Shown: positions 9,407-18,188 of the stretch, one piece after another
How the letters are laid out: each line of letters begins with the position of its first letter
How positions within the stretch are numbered: the first letter of the stretch is position 1
Assembly (NCBI GenBank): GCA_963696385.1
Contig: CAVOKF010000008.1
Location: forward strand, 480,001 to 544,000
DNA from: an uncultured delta proteobacterium
Lineage (GTDB): Bacteria > Myxococcota_A > Polyangia > Polyangiales > Polyangiaceae
DNA: 64,000 nucleotides
Direction: 5' to 3'
Program-made: the position numbers and the translations under genes
Notes under the pieces: generated by a model
The model's input: the letters and a program-made list of their open reading frames with translations, nothing else
Databases searched by the model: none
Told to the model about the DNA's origin: nothing

Positions 9407-10516
9407 ATGGCCATCGACTCGCTGGCGACTTCTTCCTCCCTCGAGCCGGGCACCGAGCCGAGACGGCCGACGTGCCCGCCGGCGAGCTTCGAGCCGGGTC
9501 GACTCACCGTGTCGCGCGTTCTGGTCACGGGGGGGACCGGTACGTTCGGTCGTGCGTTCGTCCGCGCGATCCTCGAGCGGCACCCGGAAGTCACCCGGGT
9601 CGTCGTCTTCTCGCGCGACGAACTCAAACAATCCGAGATGGCGGCGGAGCCAATCTTCCAAGACCGCCGCGTGCGCTTCTTCATCGGAGACGTGCGCGAC
9701 CGGCAACGTCTGAATCGAGCCATGGAAGGCGTCGATGCCGTGGTCCACGCCGCCGCGATGAAGCAAGTGCCCGCGGTCGAGTACAACCCATTCGAAGCCA
9801 TCAAGACGAACGTTCTGGGTGGCCAAAACGTGATCGACTGTTGTCTCGACCTCGGCGTGCGGCGGGTCGTCGCGCTCAGCACGGACAAGGCCTCCGCACC
9901 CGTCAATCTGTACGGTGCGACCAAGCTCTGCTCCGACAAGCTTTTCGTCGCGGCCAACAACGTCCGGGGCAGTCGCGACTTGAAGCTCGCGGTCGTGCGC
10001 TACGGCAACGTCATGGGAAGCCGCGGAAGCGTCATCCCTCTGTACCTGCGAAAGGCGCCCACCGGCGTCTTGCCCGTCACCGATGCTCGCATGACGCGCT
10101 TCAGCATCACGCTGTCGGACGGCGTCGGACTCTGCTTGATGGCGCTCGAGCACCAATGGGGCGGCGAGATCTTCGTGCCCAAACTGCCGAGCTATCGAAT
10201 CACCGACGTCGCCACCGCGATCGGCCCCGGCTGCCGCCAAGAGATCATCGGGTTACGGCCCGGCGAAAAGCTCCACGAAGAGATGGTGACGCCGACCGAC
10301 GCCCTCGGCACCATCGAGTTCGCGCGCCACTATGTCATCCTGCCGAGCACCCCGTCTTGGTCCGTGGGCGACTTCATCGAGCGAGAGGGTGGACGTCGTT
10401 GCCCCGAAGATTTCCACTACCAGAGCTCCACCAACGACGCGTGGCTGCGTCCGGCGCAGATCCGCGATCTCATTCGATTGCACGTCGACCCCGACTTCGA
10501 GCCGTGGGTGGGCTGA
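9407..10516 (+). CDS. pseB: UDP-GlcNAc 4,6-dehydratase (inverting) PseB
   Basis: VTGGTGTFG, FSRDELKQ, HAAAMKQVPAVEYNPFEAIKTN, ALSTDKA, RYGNVMGSRGSVIP; GGGAGG RBS. Confidence 0.93.
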   Translation: MAIDSLATSSSLEPGTEPRRPTCPPASFEPGRLTVSRVLVTGGTGTFGRAFVRAILERHPEVTRVVVFSRDELKQSEMAAEPIFQDRRVRFFIGDVRDRQRLNRAMEGVDAVVHAAAMKQVPAVEYNPFEAIKTNVLGGQNVIDCCLDLGVRRVVALSTDKASAPVNLYGATKLCSDKLFVAANNVRGSRDLKLAVVRYGNVMGSRGSVIPLYLRKAPTGVLPVTDARMTRFSITLSDGVGLCLMALEHQWGGEIFVPKLPSYRITDVATAIGPGCRQEIIGLRPGEKLHEEMVTPTDALGTIEFARHYVILPSTPSWSVGDFIEREGGRRCPEDFHYQSSTNDAWLRPAQIRDLIRLHVDPDFEPWVG

Positions 10517-11760
10517 TGACGGATGCGCGTGCGATTCCTTACGGTCGGCAGTGGATCGACGAGGACGACATCGCAGCGGTCGTTCGGTGTTTGCGCGATC
10601 CGAATCTGACTCAGGGTCCTCGCATCGCGGAATTCGAAGCGGGGCTCGCCGCCGCGACCGGCGCGCGTTTCGCCACTGTGGTCAGCAGCGGCACCGCGGC
10701 TCTGCACCTGGCCGCGCTGGGGGCCACGGTAGGACCCGGCGATGTCGTGATCACGAGCCCCATCTCGTTTGCGGCCACCGCGAACGCGATGGCCCATTGC
10801 GGCGCGCGCGTCGCCTTCTGCGACGTGGATCCCCGCACGGGCCTCATGGACATCGGGTCGCTCGACGAACTCGCCGCGACCCTCGCCCGATCGGGCCACC
10901 CCCCCAAGGCCATCGTCCCCGTCGACTTCGCAGGGCAGGCGGTGGACCGCGGCCGCGTGCGCGAAATCGCCGAACGATTCGGGGCTTGCGTCATCGAGGA
11001 CTGCGCCCACTCGCTCGGGGGCCGCTACACGGTCGATGGCGTCGAACACGCGGCGGGCAGCTGCTCGCACGCCGAATTCGCCATTCTGAGCTTCCACCCC
11101 GTCAAGCACATCACGACGGGCGAAGGCGGCGCCGTGCTCACGAACGACCCAACCCAGGCGCAAACCGTTCGTGACCTTCGATCCCACGGCATCGTCCGAG
11201 ACCCCGCGCGTCTCGAACGGCCCGAGGGCGATCCCATGCGCGGCGGTTGGTACCAGGAGCAGCAAGCCCTCGGGTACAACTACCGGCTCACCGACATGCA
11301 GTGCGCGCTCGGCAGCTCGCAGCTGCACAAGCTCCCACGCTTCGTGGAGCGACGCCGTGCGCTGTCGGCACGCTACGACGTTGCGCTCTCCGAGGGGTGG
11401 ATGCGCGAACGGATCGAGCCGCTGTCGTGCGAGCACCCCCACCGACACGCGCGCCACTTGTACGTGGTCCAGATTCGCCGCCAGGCGGGTGAGCCGCTGG
11501 CGAGCGTCGCCGAAAGGCGACGAACGCTCTACGAGGCACTCGCCGCCCGAGGGATTCAAACCCAGGTCCACTATGTTCCCATTCCCGAGCACCCGTTCTG
11601 GAAGGGAACGGCGCGTGCGCCGTCGGGGCCGTGGCCGGGCGCCGCAGCGTTCTACGCCGCGAGCCTGTCCTTGCCGCTCTTTCCCGCCATGAGCGACGAT
11701 GACGCCGATCGGGTGATGGCGGCCCTCTGGACATCGATGGAGGCCTCGTGCGGCGCGTAG
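10516..11760 (+). CDS. pseC: PLP-dependent sugar aminotransferase PseC (DegT family)
   Basis: IPYGRQWIDEDD, LTQGP, IEDCAHSLG, LSFHPVKHITTGEGG, LGYNYRLTD. Confidence 0.92.
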   Translation: MTDARAIPYGRQWIDEDDIAAVVRCLRDPNLTQGPRIAEFEAGLAAATGARFATVVSSGTAALHLAALGATVGPGDVVITSPISFAATANAMAHCGARVAFCDVDPRTGLMDIGSLDELAATLARSGHPPKAIVPVDFAGQAVDRGRVREIAERFGACVIEDCAHSLGGRYTVDGVEHAAGSCSHAEFAILSFHPVKHITTGEGGAVLTNDPTQAQTVRDLRSHGIVRDPARLERPEGDPMRGGWYQEQQALGYNYRLTDMQCALGSSQLHKLPRFVERRRALSARYDVALSEGWMRERIEPLSCEHPHRHARHLYVVQIRRQAGEPLASVAERRRTLYEALAARGIQTQVHYVPIPEHPFWKGTARAPSGPWPGAAAFYAASLSLPLFPAMSDDDADRVMAALWTSMEASCGA

Positions 11761-12494
11761 CAATCGTCCAAGCACGCACCGGATCGAGCCGGTTGCCCGG
11801 CAAGGTGCTGGCGGACGTGTGCGGGGCACCGCTGCTCGCGCGCGTCGTGGAGCGCATCTGGCGCGCCGAACGCATCGACGACGTCGTGGTGGCGACCACC
11901 GACCATCGCGCCGACGACCCGGTGGTCGCCGTTGCCGACGCCGCCGGGGCGCGCTGGTACAGGGGAAGCGAGCACGACGTGCTCGCTCGGATGAGCGGCG
12001 CCGCGCGAGAGGCCGGCGCCGGAATCGTCGTGCGCCTGGCCGCCGACTGCCCGCTGCTCGACGCGACAATCGTCGACCGCGTCGTCCGGGTGCTCGAGGA
12101 CCATCCGACCCAATTCGACTACGTGACGACCGAACCGCCGGCGACGTACCCCAAGGGCCTCGACGTGGAGGCGCTCCATGCCGACACCCTGGCGAGAGTC
12201 GACCGCATGGCCACGTCGACTCCGGCCCGGGAGCACGTCACGTTCTTCATCTACGGCGAGGCACCGGAGCTATTCCGCACGTTCACGATCGCCGACGACG
12301 TCGACAACTCCCGAGAGCGATGGACCGTGGACACGGCCCAGGACCTGGCGCTCGTACGAGCTCTCTACGAAGATCTCGACCTCGCCCACCACCACGTGGG
12401 CTACCGAGACGTGATTGCGCATCTACACAAACGCCCTTCGCTTCGCGCCATCAACGCCCACATCGTGCAGCGGGATCCACGCCTCGAGGTCTGA
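11748..12494 (+). CDS. SpsF-like cytidylyltransferase (probable PseF role)
   Basis: IVQARTGSSRLPGKVL, YRGSEHDVL, ADCPL, PKGLDVE, REHVT, RWTVDT. Confidence 0.88.
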   Translation: MRRVAIVQARTGSSRLPGKVLADVCGAPLLARVVERIWRAERIDDVVVATTDHRADDPVVAVADAAGARWYRGSEHDVLARMSGAAREAGAGIVVRLAADCPLLDATIVDRVVRVLEDHPTQFDYVTTEPPATYPKGLDVEALHADTLARVDRMATSTPAREHVTFFIYGEAPELFRTFTIADDVDNSRERWTVDTAQDLALVRALYEDLDLAHHHVGYRDVIAHLHKRPSLRAINAHIVQRDPRLEV

Positions 12495-12495
12495 C

Positions 12496-13275
12496 ATGGA
12501 TCGGCCCCTGACCGTCGCGCTCATGCAGCCCACGTTCATCCCCTGGATCGGGTACTTCGCACTGATCGACTCGGTCGATCGATTCGTATTCCTGGACGAT
12601 TTTCAGTTTTGCAGGCAAACCTGGGGGCAGCGCAATCGGCTTTTCACCGGACCGGCCGCCGGTTGGATCACACTGCCCGTCAAACACTCGGGCACGATGG
12701 CCAATTACTGCGACGTAGAGCCCGTGATCGATGGGTTTTGCGACAAGATCACCTCGCAAATTCGACGATCTTACGCCGACGCCCCGTATCTCCCGCTGGT
12801 CCTCGGTCACCTCCAAGCGTGCTTCGCGTCGCCGCCGGCCGATCTGGCGAGCGTGAACATCGCGTTCATCGAAAAAACGGCGCGGCTCATCGGCTTGACG
12901 GCGGATTTCGGACGCAGTTCGGTCATCGGGTCGACCGGGAAGCGATCGGCTCGGGTCGCCGACATTCTGCGCCGCACCGGCGCTCGGCGATACCACGCGG
13001 CGTCCGGATCGGCCGAGTACATGCTGGAGGACGGGGTGTTCCCGTTGCCCGACGTGGAAACCCGGTTTCAAGACTTCGTTCCGGCGCCGTATCCGCAGGT
13101 GCAAGCGAAGTCATTCGTCCCGTACTTGTCGGTACTCGACGTCTTGCTGCAAGTGGGGATCGACGCCGCTCGGGCCGCCATCCGCGAAGGCAGCCGCGAG
13201 TTTCGAAGTTGGGATGCCGCCACGGCGGCCATCCAGCCGCGAAACGCCGGCGGCCGAGCGATCGACGCCGCATGA
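12496..13275 (+). CDS. WbqC-like family protein
   Basis: MQPTFIPWIGYF, FVFLDDFQF, QRNR, WITLPV, YPQ...FVPYLSVLDVL. Confidence 0.88.
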   Translation: MDRPLTVALMQPTFIPWIGYFALIDSVDRFVFLDDFQFCRQTWGQRNRLFTGPAAGWITLPVKHSGTMANYCDVEPVIDGFCDKITSQIRRSYADAPYLPLVLGHLQACFASPPADLASVNIAFIEKTARLIGLTADFGRSSVIGSTGKRSARVADILRRTGARRYHAASGSAEYMLEDGVFPLPDVETRFQDFVPAPYPQVQAKSFVPYLSVLDVLLQVGIDAARAAIREGSREFRSWDAATAAIQPRNAGGRAIDAA

Positions 13276-13297
13276 CCTAGGATCGGAGAGGAGCCCC

Positions 13298-14386
13298 GTG
13301 AATTCGAGTTTTTGCATCGGAAATCGCACGATCGGCAGAGGGCAACCCGTATTCATCGTGGCCGAGATGAGCGCCAACCACGGCCGAAGTCTCGACCACG
13401 CGATCCGTGTCCTTCGCGCGGCGAAGGAATGCGGTGCCGACGCCGTAAAGATCCAGACCTACACGGCCGACACGATGACCCTGAACATCGATCGGCCCCC
13501 CTTCGTGGTGAAGCTCGACGCGTGGGCGGGCCGAACGCTCTACGACCTCTATCAGGAAGCGCACACCCCGTGGGAGTGGCATCCGAAACTCAAGTCGGTC
13601 GCCGACGACCTCGGCATTCCGCTCTTCTCTTCGCCGTTCGACAGCACGGCGGTCGATCTGCTCGAGGAGCTGCACGTGCCCGCGTACAAGGTCGCGTCGT
13701 TCGAGCTCACGGATCATGCGCTTTTGCGCCGGATTGCGCAGACGGGCAAACCGGTCATCGCTTCGACCGGCATGGCGCGGCTCGACGAGATTGCCGAGGC
13801 CGTGAGCGTCATCCGAAAGTCGGCCCCCGGATCAGGCCTCGCGCTTCTCAAGTGCACGAGCGTCTATCCGGCCGATCCGCGGGAGGCAAACCTGCGAACC
13901 ATCGCTCATTTGGCCGAGACGTTCGACTGCGTGGCGGGGCTTTCCGATCACACGATGTCGGCCGCGGTTCCGATCGCGTCGGTCGCGCTCGGTGCTTGCA
14001 TCATCGAAAAGCACTTCTGTCTTTCCCGTTCGGAAGGCGGACCGGATTCGGCATTTTCGCTCGAGCCCGACGAATTGCGCGCGCTCGTAAGGGACGTGAG
14101 GCTGACGGAGGCGGCACTCGGCCGGGTGAGCTACGAGCTCAGCGCGTCGGAACAGAAAAGCCGCGCGTACCGCCGCTCTCTCTTCGTCGTCAAAGACGTG
14201 GCCAAGGGCGAGGTGCTCGATTCGCGCAGCGTTCGCGCGCTGCGCCCGGGAGACGGGCTCGAGCCCAAGTATCTCTCGGTCGCTCTCGGCCGCCGCGCCG
14301 CGTGCGCCATCGCTCGCGGCACGCCGCTCGGCTGGGCCCATCTCGGCGAATCGATCGAAGGGGGATCGGACCCGACCCGGAAATGA
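13298..14386 (+). CDS. pseI: Pseudaminic acid synthase PseI (NeuB family)
   Basis: AEMSANH, AVKIQTYTADTMT, AHTPWEWH, YKVASFE, GLSDHT, IEKHF, C-terminal SAF domain RRSLFVV. Confidence 0.93.
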   Translation: MNSSFCIGNRTIGRGQPVFIVAEMSANHGRSLDHAIRVLRAAKECGADAVKIQTYTADTMTLNIDRPPFVVKLDAWAGRTLYDLYQEAHTPWEWHPKLKSVADDLGIPLFSSPFDSTAVDLLEELHVPAYKVASFELTDHALLRRIAQTGKPVIASTGMARLDEIAEAVSVIRKSAPGSGLALLKCTSVYPADPREANLRTIAHLAETFDCVAGLSDHTMSAAVPIASVALGACIIEKHFCLSRSEGGPDSAFSLEPDELRALVRDVRLTEAALGRVSYELSASEQKSRAYRRSLFVVKDVAKGEVLDSRSVRALRPGDGLEPKYLSVALGRRAACAIARGTPLGWAHLGESIEGGSDPTRK

Positions 14387-15417
14387 CGCGCGTGCTTTTC
14401 CGGTGCGACGGCACCACGAGCGTCGGGCTGGGCCACGTCAGCCGATGCGCCGGCCTCGCAGAGGCGTTCGACGAAATGGGCATACGGGCGACGTTTTACG
14501 GGCAGTACAACGAGGCCGCCCTTTGCCTTTTGCAGTCTTGTGGGGCCGACATTGCGCCGTCGCACGGAAACGTCGCGGGATCGATAGCCGATGCGGACGA
14601 GACGCTGCGACTCGCAGCGACCCTCGACGTCTTGGGCGTGGTGCTCGACGGCTACACCTTCGGCGAGGCTTTTCTCGAGGCGCATGCGGAAGGCCGGACC
14701 GGCCGCAGGTTGATGATCATCGACGATTTTGCCGACCAAGACCGCTATCCGCGCGGGGCTCGCATCCTCAATTCGACGCTGCAGGCCCAAGCCATGACGT
14801 ATCGGGGCGACGAGCTAAAGGTCTTTGCGGGACCCGAGTACCTTCTGGTGCGGCGCGCCCTGCGCACGCTGCGCGCAAGGCCGCGGCCGCCTTCGGGCCG
14901 CTCGACCGTGCGGTGTCTGGTCGCGCTGGGTGGGGTCGACCGGTTTGGCCGCACCCTCTCGGTGGTCGATGCGCTGGCCGCGCTTGCCATTCCACCCGAC
15001 GTCGATGTCGTTCTGTCCGAGAGCGCGCCGATCCATGGTCGCGTCGCCGATCGCCTCGCACGATGGCCGGCCGATGGGCGGCTGTTTGGCCGACTGCCGA
15101 CTTTGGCGGATCGCTTCGCCGACAGCGATGCGTGCATCACGGCCGGCGGTTTGACGATGTACGAGGCTTGCTTTCTCGGACGTCCGGTCGCCGTCTGCCC
15201 GCAGTCGTCGCGCGAAGCCGAGGATGCCGCGTTCGCGGCCCGAGCGGGGGTCGCGGTGGATCTGAGCGCCGGCCTCGAAGCGGGGCGAGAGGCTCTGACG
15301 GAGGCGCTTGCGCGCTTTTTCACGCCCCAATCGTTTGACGCGCTTCGAAGCGCCCTGGCAGGCCGCTTCCCCGCGGATCCCACGCACGCGGCCGCAATCG
15401 CGTTGACGGACCGCTGA
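14383..15417 (+). CDS. pseG: PseG/SpsG-like UDP-sugar hydrolase
   Basis: LFRCDGTTSVGLGHVSRC, VLDGY, IIDD, GPEY, LGGVD, AGGLTMYEA; no fused GNAT domain seen. Confidence 0.8.
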   Translation: MTRVLFRCDGTTSVGLGHVSRCAGLAEAFDEMGIRATFYGQYNEAALCLLQSCGADIAPSHGNVAGSIADADETLRLAATLDVLGVVLDGYTFGEAFLEAHAEGRTGRRLMIIDDFADQDRYPRGARILNSTLQAQAMTYRGDELKVFAGPEYLLVRRALRTLRARPRPPSGRSTVRCLVALGGVDRFGRTLSVVDALAALAIPPDVDVVLSESAPIHGRVADRLARWPADGRLFGRLPTLADRFADSDACITAGGLTMYEACFLGRPVAVCPQSSREAEDAAFAARAGVAVDLSAGLEAGREALTEALARFFTPQSFDALRSALAGRFPADPTHAAAIALTDR

Positions 15418-15518
15418 CCCATCCGAACCGCGACGTTATCGGCCCATCGTCACGAAGGCGTCATACGTGGCCCATAACCACACGCTCGCCCTCGCCCTCG
15501 TCAAGGGCAGTGAGCAAC

Positions 15519-16442
15519 ATGGCAAGCGAGTCGCCCGGAGCGTTTCAGCCGGAGCCTCCGGAGTCGATCTTGTCGTCGAGCCTCGCATTGCCACTGCGCC
15601 GCTTTACCGCAATGGAGCACGTGTCGAACGCGCTCTTCGTAGCGATGCATCTGTCGCTGCTCTTCGTGTTCGTCGTGCCTCTGACCTGGAAGGTCGCAGC
15701 GCTCGCCGCGGGCGGATACGGACTGCGGATGTGGGCGATTACCGGCGGTTACCATCGCTACTTTGCACACCGCACCTACAAGACGAGTCGAGCGTTCCAG
15801 CTTGTGCTGGCGATCCTCGGCGCCACGGCCATGCAAAACGGGCCCATCTGGTGGGCCAGCGTGCACCGCCGGCACCATAAATATTCCGATGGTCCGAAGG
15901 ACCCTCATTCACCGGTCCGACGGGGCTTCTGGCACGCGCACGTCGGCTGGGTGTTCGACCTGACCTCGGCGCGGCCGCGCGACGATTCAAACGTGCGCGA
16001 CTTGTTGCGCTATCCGGAGCTCGTCTGGATCGATGGCCACGACTGGCTGTTTCTGAGCGCCTACGCGCTGGCGTGCTTCGCCATCGGCGGGATATCGGGC
16101 CTCGTTTGGGGGTTTGTCGTCAGCACGCTCGCGGTGTTCCACGCGACCATGCTCATCAACTCGCTCGCGCACACTTGGGGAACGCGCCGATACGAAACCC
16201 GAGATCGGTCGCGCAACAATGCGCTACTGGCCATTCTGACGTTCGGCGAAGGGTGGCACAACAATCACCACCATTGCGCGAGCTCGGCGCGGCAGGGGCT
16301 CACGTGGTGGGAGATCGACGTCACCTATTACGTGCTCCGCGCCCTCGCCCGGCTTCGCGTGATCTGGGACATCCGTGAGCCCCCGGCGACGAAGAAGCCG
16401 GCGCCGCGGATCCCACTGTCCCGGCCCGTTGCCGCGGTCTAG
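15519..16442 (+). CDS. Acyl-CoA (delta-9-type) fatty acid desaturase
   Basis: His boxes YHRYFAH, HRRHH, EGWHNNHH. Confidence 0.93.
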   Translation: MASESPGAFQPEPPESILSSSLALPLRRFTAMEHVSNALFVAMHLSLLFVFVVPLTWKVAALAAGGYGLRMWAITGGYHRYFAHRTYKTSRAFQLVLAILGATAMQNGPIWWASVHRRHHKYSDGPKDPHSPVRRGFWHAHVGWVFDLTSARPRDDSNVRDLLRYPELVWIDGHDWLFLSAYALACFAIGGISGLVWGFVVSTLAVFHATMLINSLAHTWGTRRYETRDRSRNNALLAILTFGEGWHNNHHHCASSARQGLTWWEIDVTYYVLRALARLRVIWDIREPPATKKPAPRIPLSRPVAAV

Positions 16443-16459
16443 GCCGAAGAGCGAGCGCA

Positions 16460-16486
16460 CGACCTCGACTTCGACCCCGACCCGAC
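16460..16486 (+). repeat. Short GACCTC/GACCCC hexamer array
   Basis: gacctcgacttcgaccccgacccgac just downstream of the desaturase stop. Confidence 0.6.
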
Positions 16487-16512
16487 TGCCTTCGGCTACG
16501 AGGCGGCGAGTC

Positions 16513-16534
16513 TTACTGGACGCGGTAATACTTT
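16513..16534 (+). promoter_or_regulatory. Inverted repeat plus -10-like hexamer before the antitoxin (probable TA operator, leaderless start)
   Basis: TTAC-N8-GTAA followed by TACTTT, 5 nt before the GTG start. Confidence 0.4.
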
Positions 16535-16539
16535 AGCTC

Positions 16540-16779
16540 GTGCGCATCACTACGAAGGGTCAGGTTACGATCCCCCAAGAGATTCGAGAACAGCTCGGGC
16601 TGCTCCCGAACACCGAGGTCACCTTCGACGTCATCGACGGCGAGGCGCGACTCCGCAAGGCGCGTCGAACCGGCAAGCTTTCCGGAGGTGATGACGTAAT
16701 CGCTCACCTCCGCGGCGTTCCTTCGTCGAACAAGCTCTCAACCGATGAGATCATGGCACTCATGCTCGGTAAGCCGTGA
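16540..16779 (+). CDS. AbrB/MazE/SpoVT-family antitoxin (VapB-type)
   Basis: MRITTKGQVTIPQEIREQLGL...STDEIMAL. Confidence 0.92.
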   Translation: MRITTKGQVTIPQEIREQLGLLPNTEVTFDVIDGEARLRKARRTGKLSGGDDVIAHLRGVPSSNKLSTDEIMALMLGKP

Positions 16780-16884
16780 ATACGCTTGTCGATACGAACG
16801 TCCTTGTCGATATTATAACCCACGACGCACACTGGTTGTCTTGGGCGAAGAGGACGCTGCGCGTCGCAGCCGAACACGAACGGG
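16776..16884 (+). pseudogene. vapC: Truncated VapC/PIN toxin
   Basis: TLVDTNVLVDI PIN start, GTGA-coupled to the antitoxin; similarity ends where the convergent gene stops at 16885. Confidence 0.8.
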
Positions 16885-17952
16885 CTATTCGACCCAAATG
16901 TCGTCGAGATACAGGGTGGAGGTTCCCGGCTGCGCCGGCGCTCCGGTCCAGGGCAGGCCCCCATCGGCGGCGAGATTCGCCGCTTGCAGTTGCGCCCCGA
17001 GCTGGATGAGATCCACGACGTAGGGGCCGGTATTGACGATCGGATCGCCGGCGTCATCTGCCGCAACCCAAAGGTCGCCGACAACCTCGTGCCAATCGCC
17101 GTCGGCGAGTCCGGCTTCCTGCACATACGGCGGGTTGTGGTACGGGGTCTCCGTACCCGGGAAATTGACGCTCGTGTACTCGTCGAAGTTGTCGCCGTAG
17201 GGGTTGGCATCCGCGGCCGCGTCCGCAGCCTGCCATTGCGCGTATGGTTGAACGCCGTTCAGGCCGAGGTACGCCGAACTGGCGATTTTGACCCAGAAGT
17301 GGATTCTCTTGCCGCTGATCTTGGTTGCCGACGAATAATTGAACTGGGCCTCGCCCTCTTCGTTGGTGTAGTTCGTGTTGTAGGGACCGTAGGCCGGAAA
17401 CGGAACGGTAAGGGCCAAGGCGCCGCAGTGCGTGTGGCCTTGCACCGAGCTTGCCGCAACCGATGGCAACGCGGCGCCGTCCGGCCAGCTGGCCTGGCTC
17501 GATATCCAGCTACCGGCGTCGCTTGCGATGCCGTTGTCGAAACTGAAGAGCAGCCAGGCGCCGCCGTCTCCGACCGAAATCGATCCGCCGTCGGACAGCA
17601 GAATGCTGGTTGTCGTTCCGGCGGTGCACGATGGGGTGGACGCCTCGCCCGTGCCGCCGTCGTTCACGGTCGCGTCGGGCCCCGCATCTCCGCTGCTCGC
17701 GCTGGAGGAGCTACTGCCCGTGCTCGAGGAGCTACTGCCGGCGCTCGACGAGCCGCTGCTGGAGCTCGAGGAACTGGTGGCCGAGATCGAGGAGCTGCTG
17801 CCTGTACTCGTCGAGCTACTGGCCGCGGATTGGGTGCCCGAGTCGGACTCGTTGTTGCTGTTGCCGCATCCGAACGGACCGAGCCCGGCCAGAACGAGCG
17901 TCCCCGCCACGCCGCCCAGCACCCCCGCCGTTGCAATTCGCCCTTTATTCAT
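16885..17952 (-). CDS. Lipoprotein with Ser-rich linker and C-terminal carbohydrate-binding-like beta domain
   Basis: Signal peptide ending FGC, poly-Ser linker, C-terminal STLYLDDIWVE typical of galactose-binding-like folds. Confidence 0.7.
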   Translation of the reverse strand: MNKGRIATAGVLGGVAGTLVLAGLGPFGCGNSNNESDSGTQSAASSSTSTGSSSSISATSSSSSSSGSSSAGSSSSSTGSSSSSASSGDAGPDATVNDGGTGEASTPSCTAGTTTSILLSDGGSISVGDGGAWLLFSFDNGIASDAGSWISSQASWPDGAALPSVAASSVQGHTHCGALALTVPFPAYGPYNTNYTNEEGEAQFNYSSATKISGKRIHFWVKIASSAYLGLNGVQPYAQWQAADAAADANPYGDNFDEYTSVNFPGTETPYHNPPYVQEAGLADGDWHEVVGDLWVAADDAGDPIVNTGPYVVDLIQLGAQLQAANLAADGGLPWTGAPAQPGTSTLYLDDIWVE

Positions 17953-17999
17953 TGGTACACCCCTATTGGATCCTGCCCTCTTACCACATTGGCCAGCGC

Positions 18000-18176
18000 T
18001 CGGGTCGGGGTCGGGGTCGCGGTCGGGGTCGCGGTAGTCGAGGTCGTGGTCGCGGTAGTCGCGGTCGCGGTCGAGGTCGGGGTCGAGGTCGGGGTCGGGG
18101 TCGGGGTCGCGGTCGCGGTCGAGGTCGGGGTCGCGGTCGAGGTCGAGGTCGAGGTCGAGGTCGGGGTCGCGGTCGG
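18000..18176 (-). repeat. Hexamer array (GACCCC/GACCTC/GACCGC on the minus strand)
   Basis: Tandem ggggtc/gaggtc/gcggtc on the plus strand, between two minus-strand genes. Confidence 0.95.
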
Positions 18177-18188
18177 ATCGCTGAGTTC

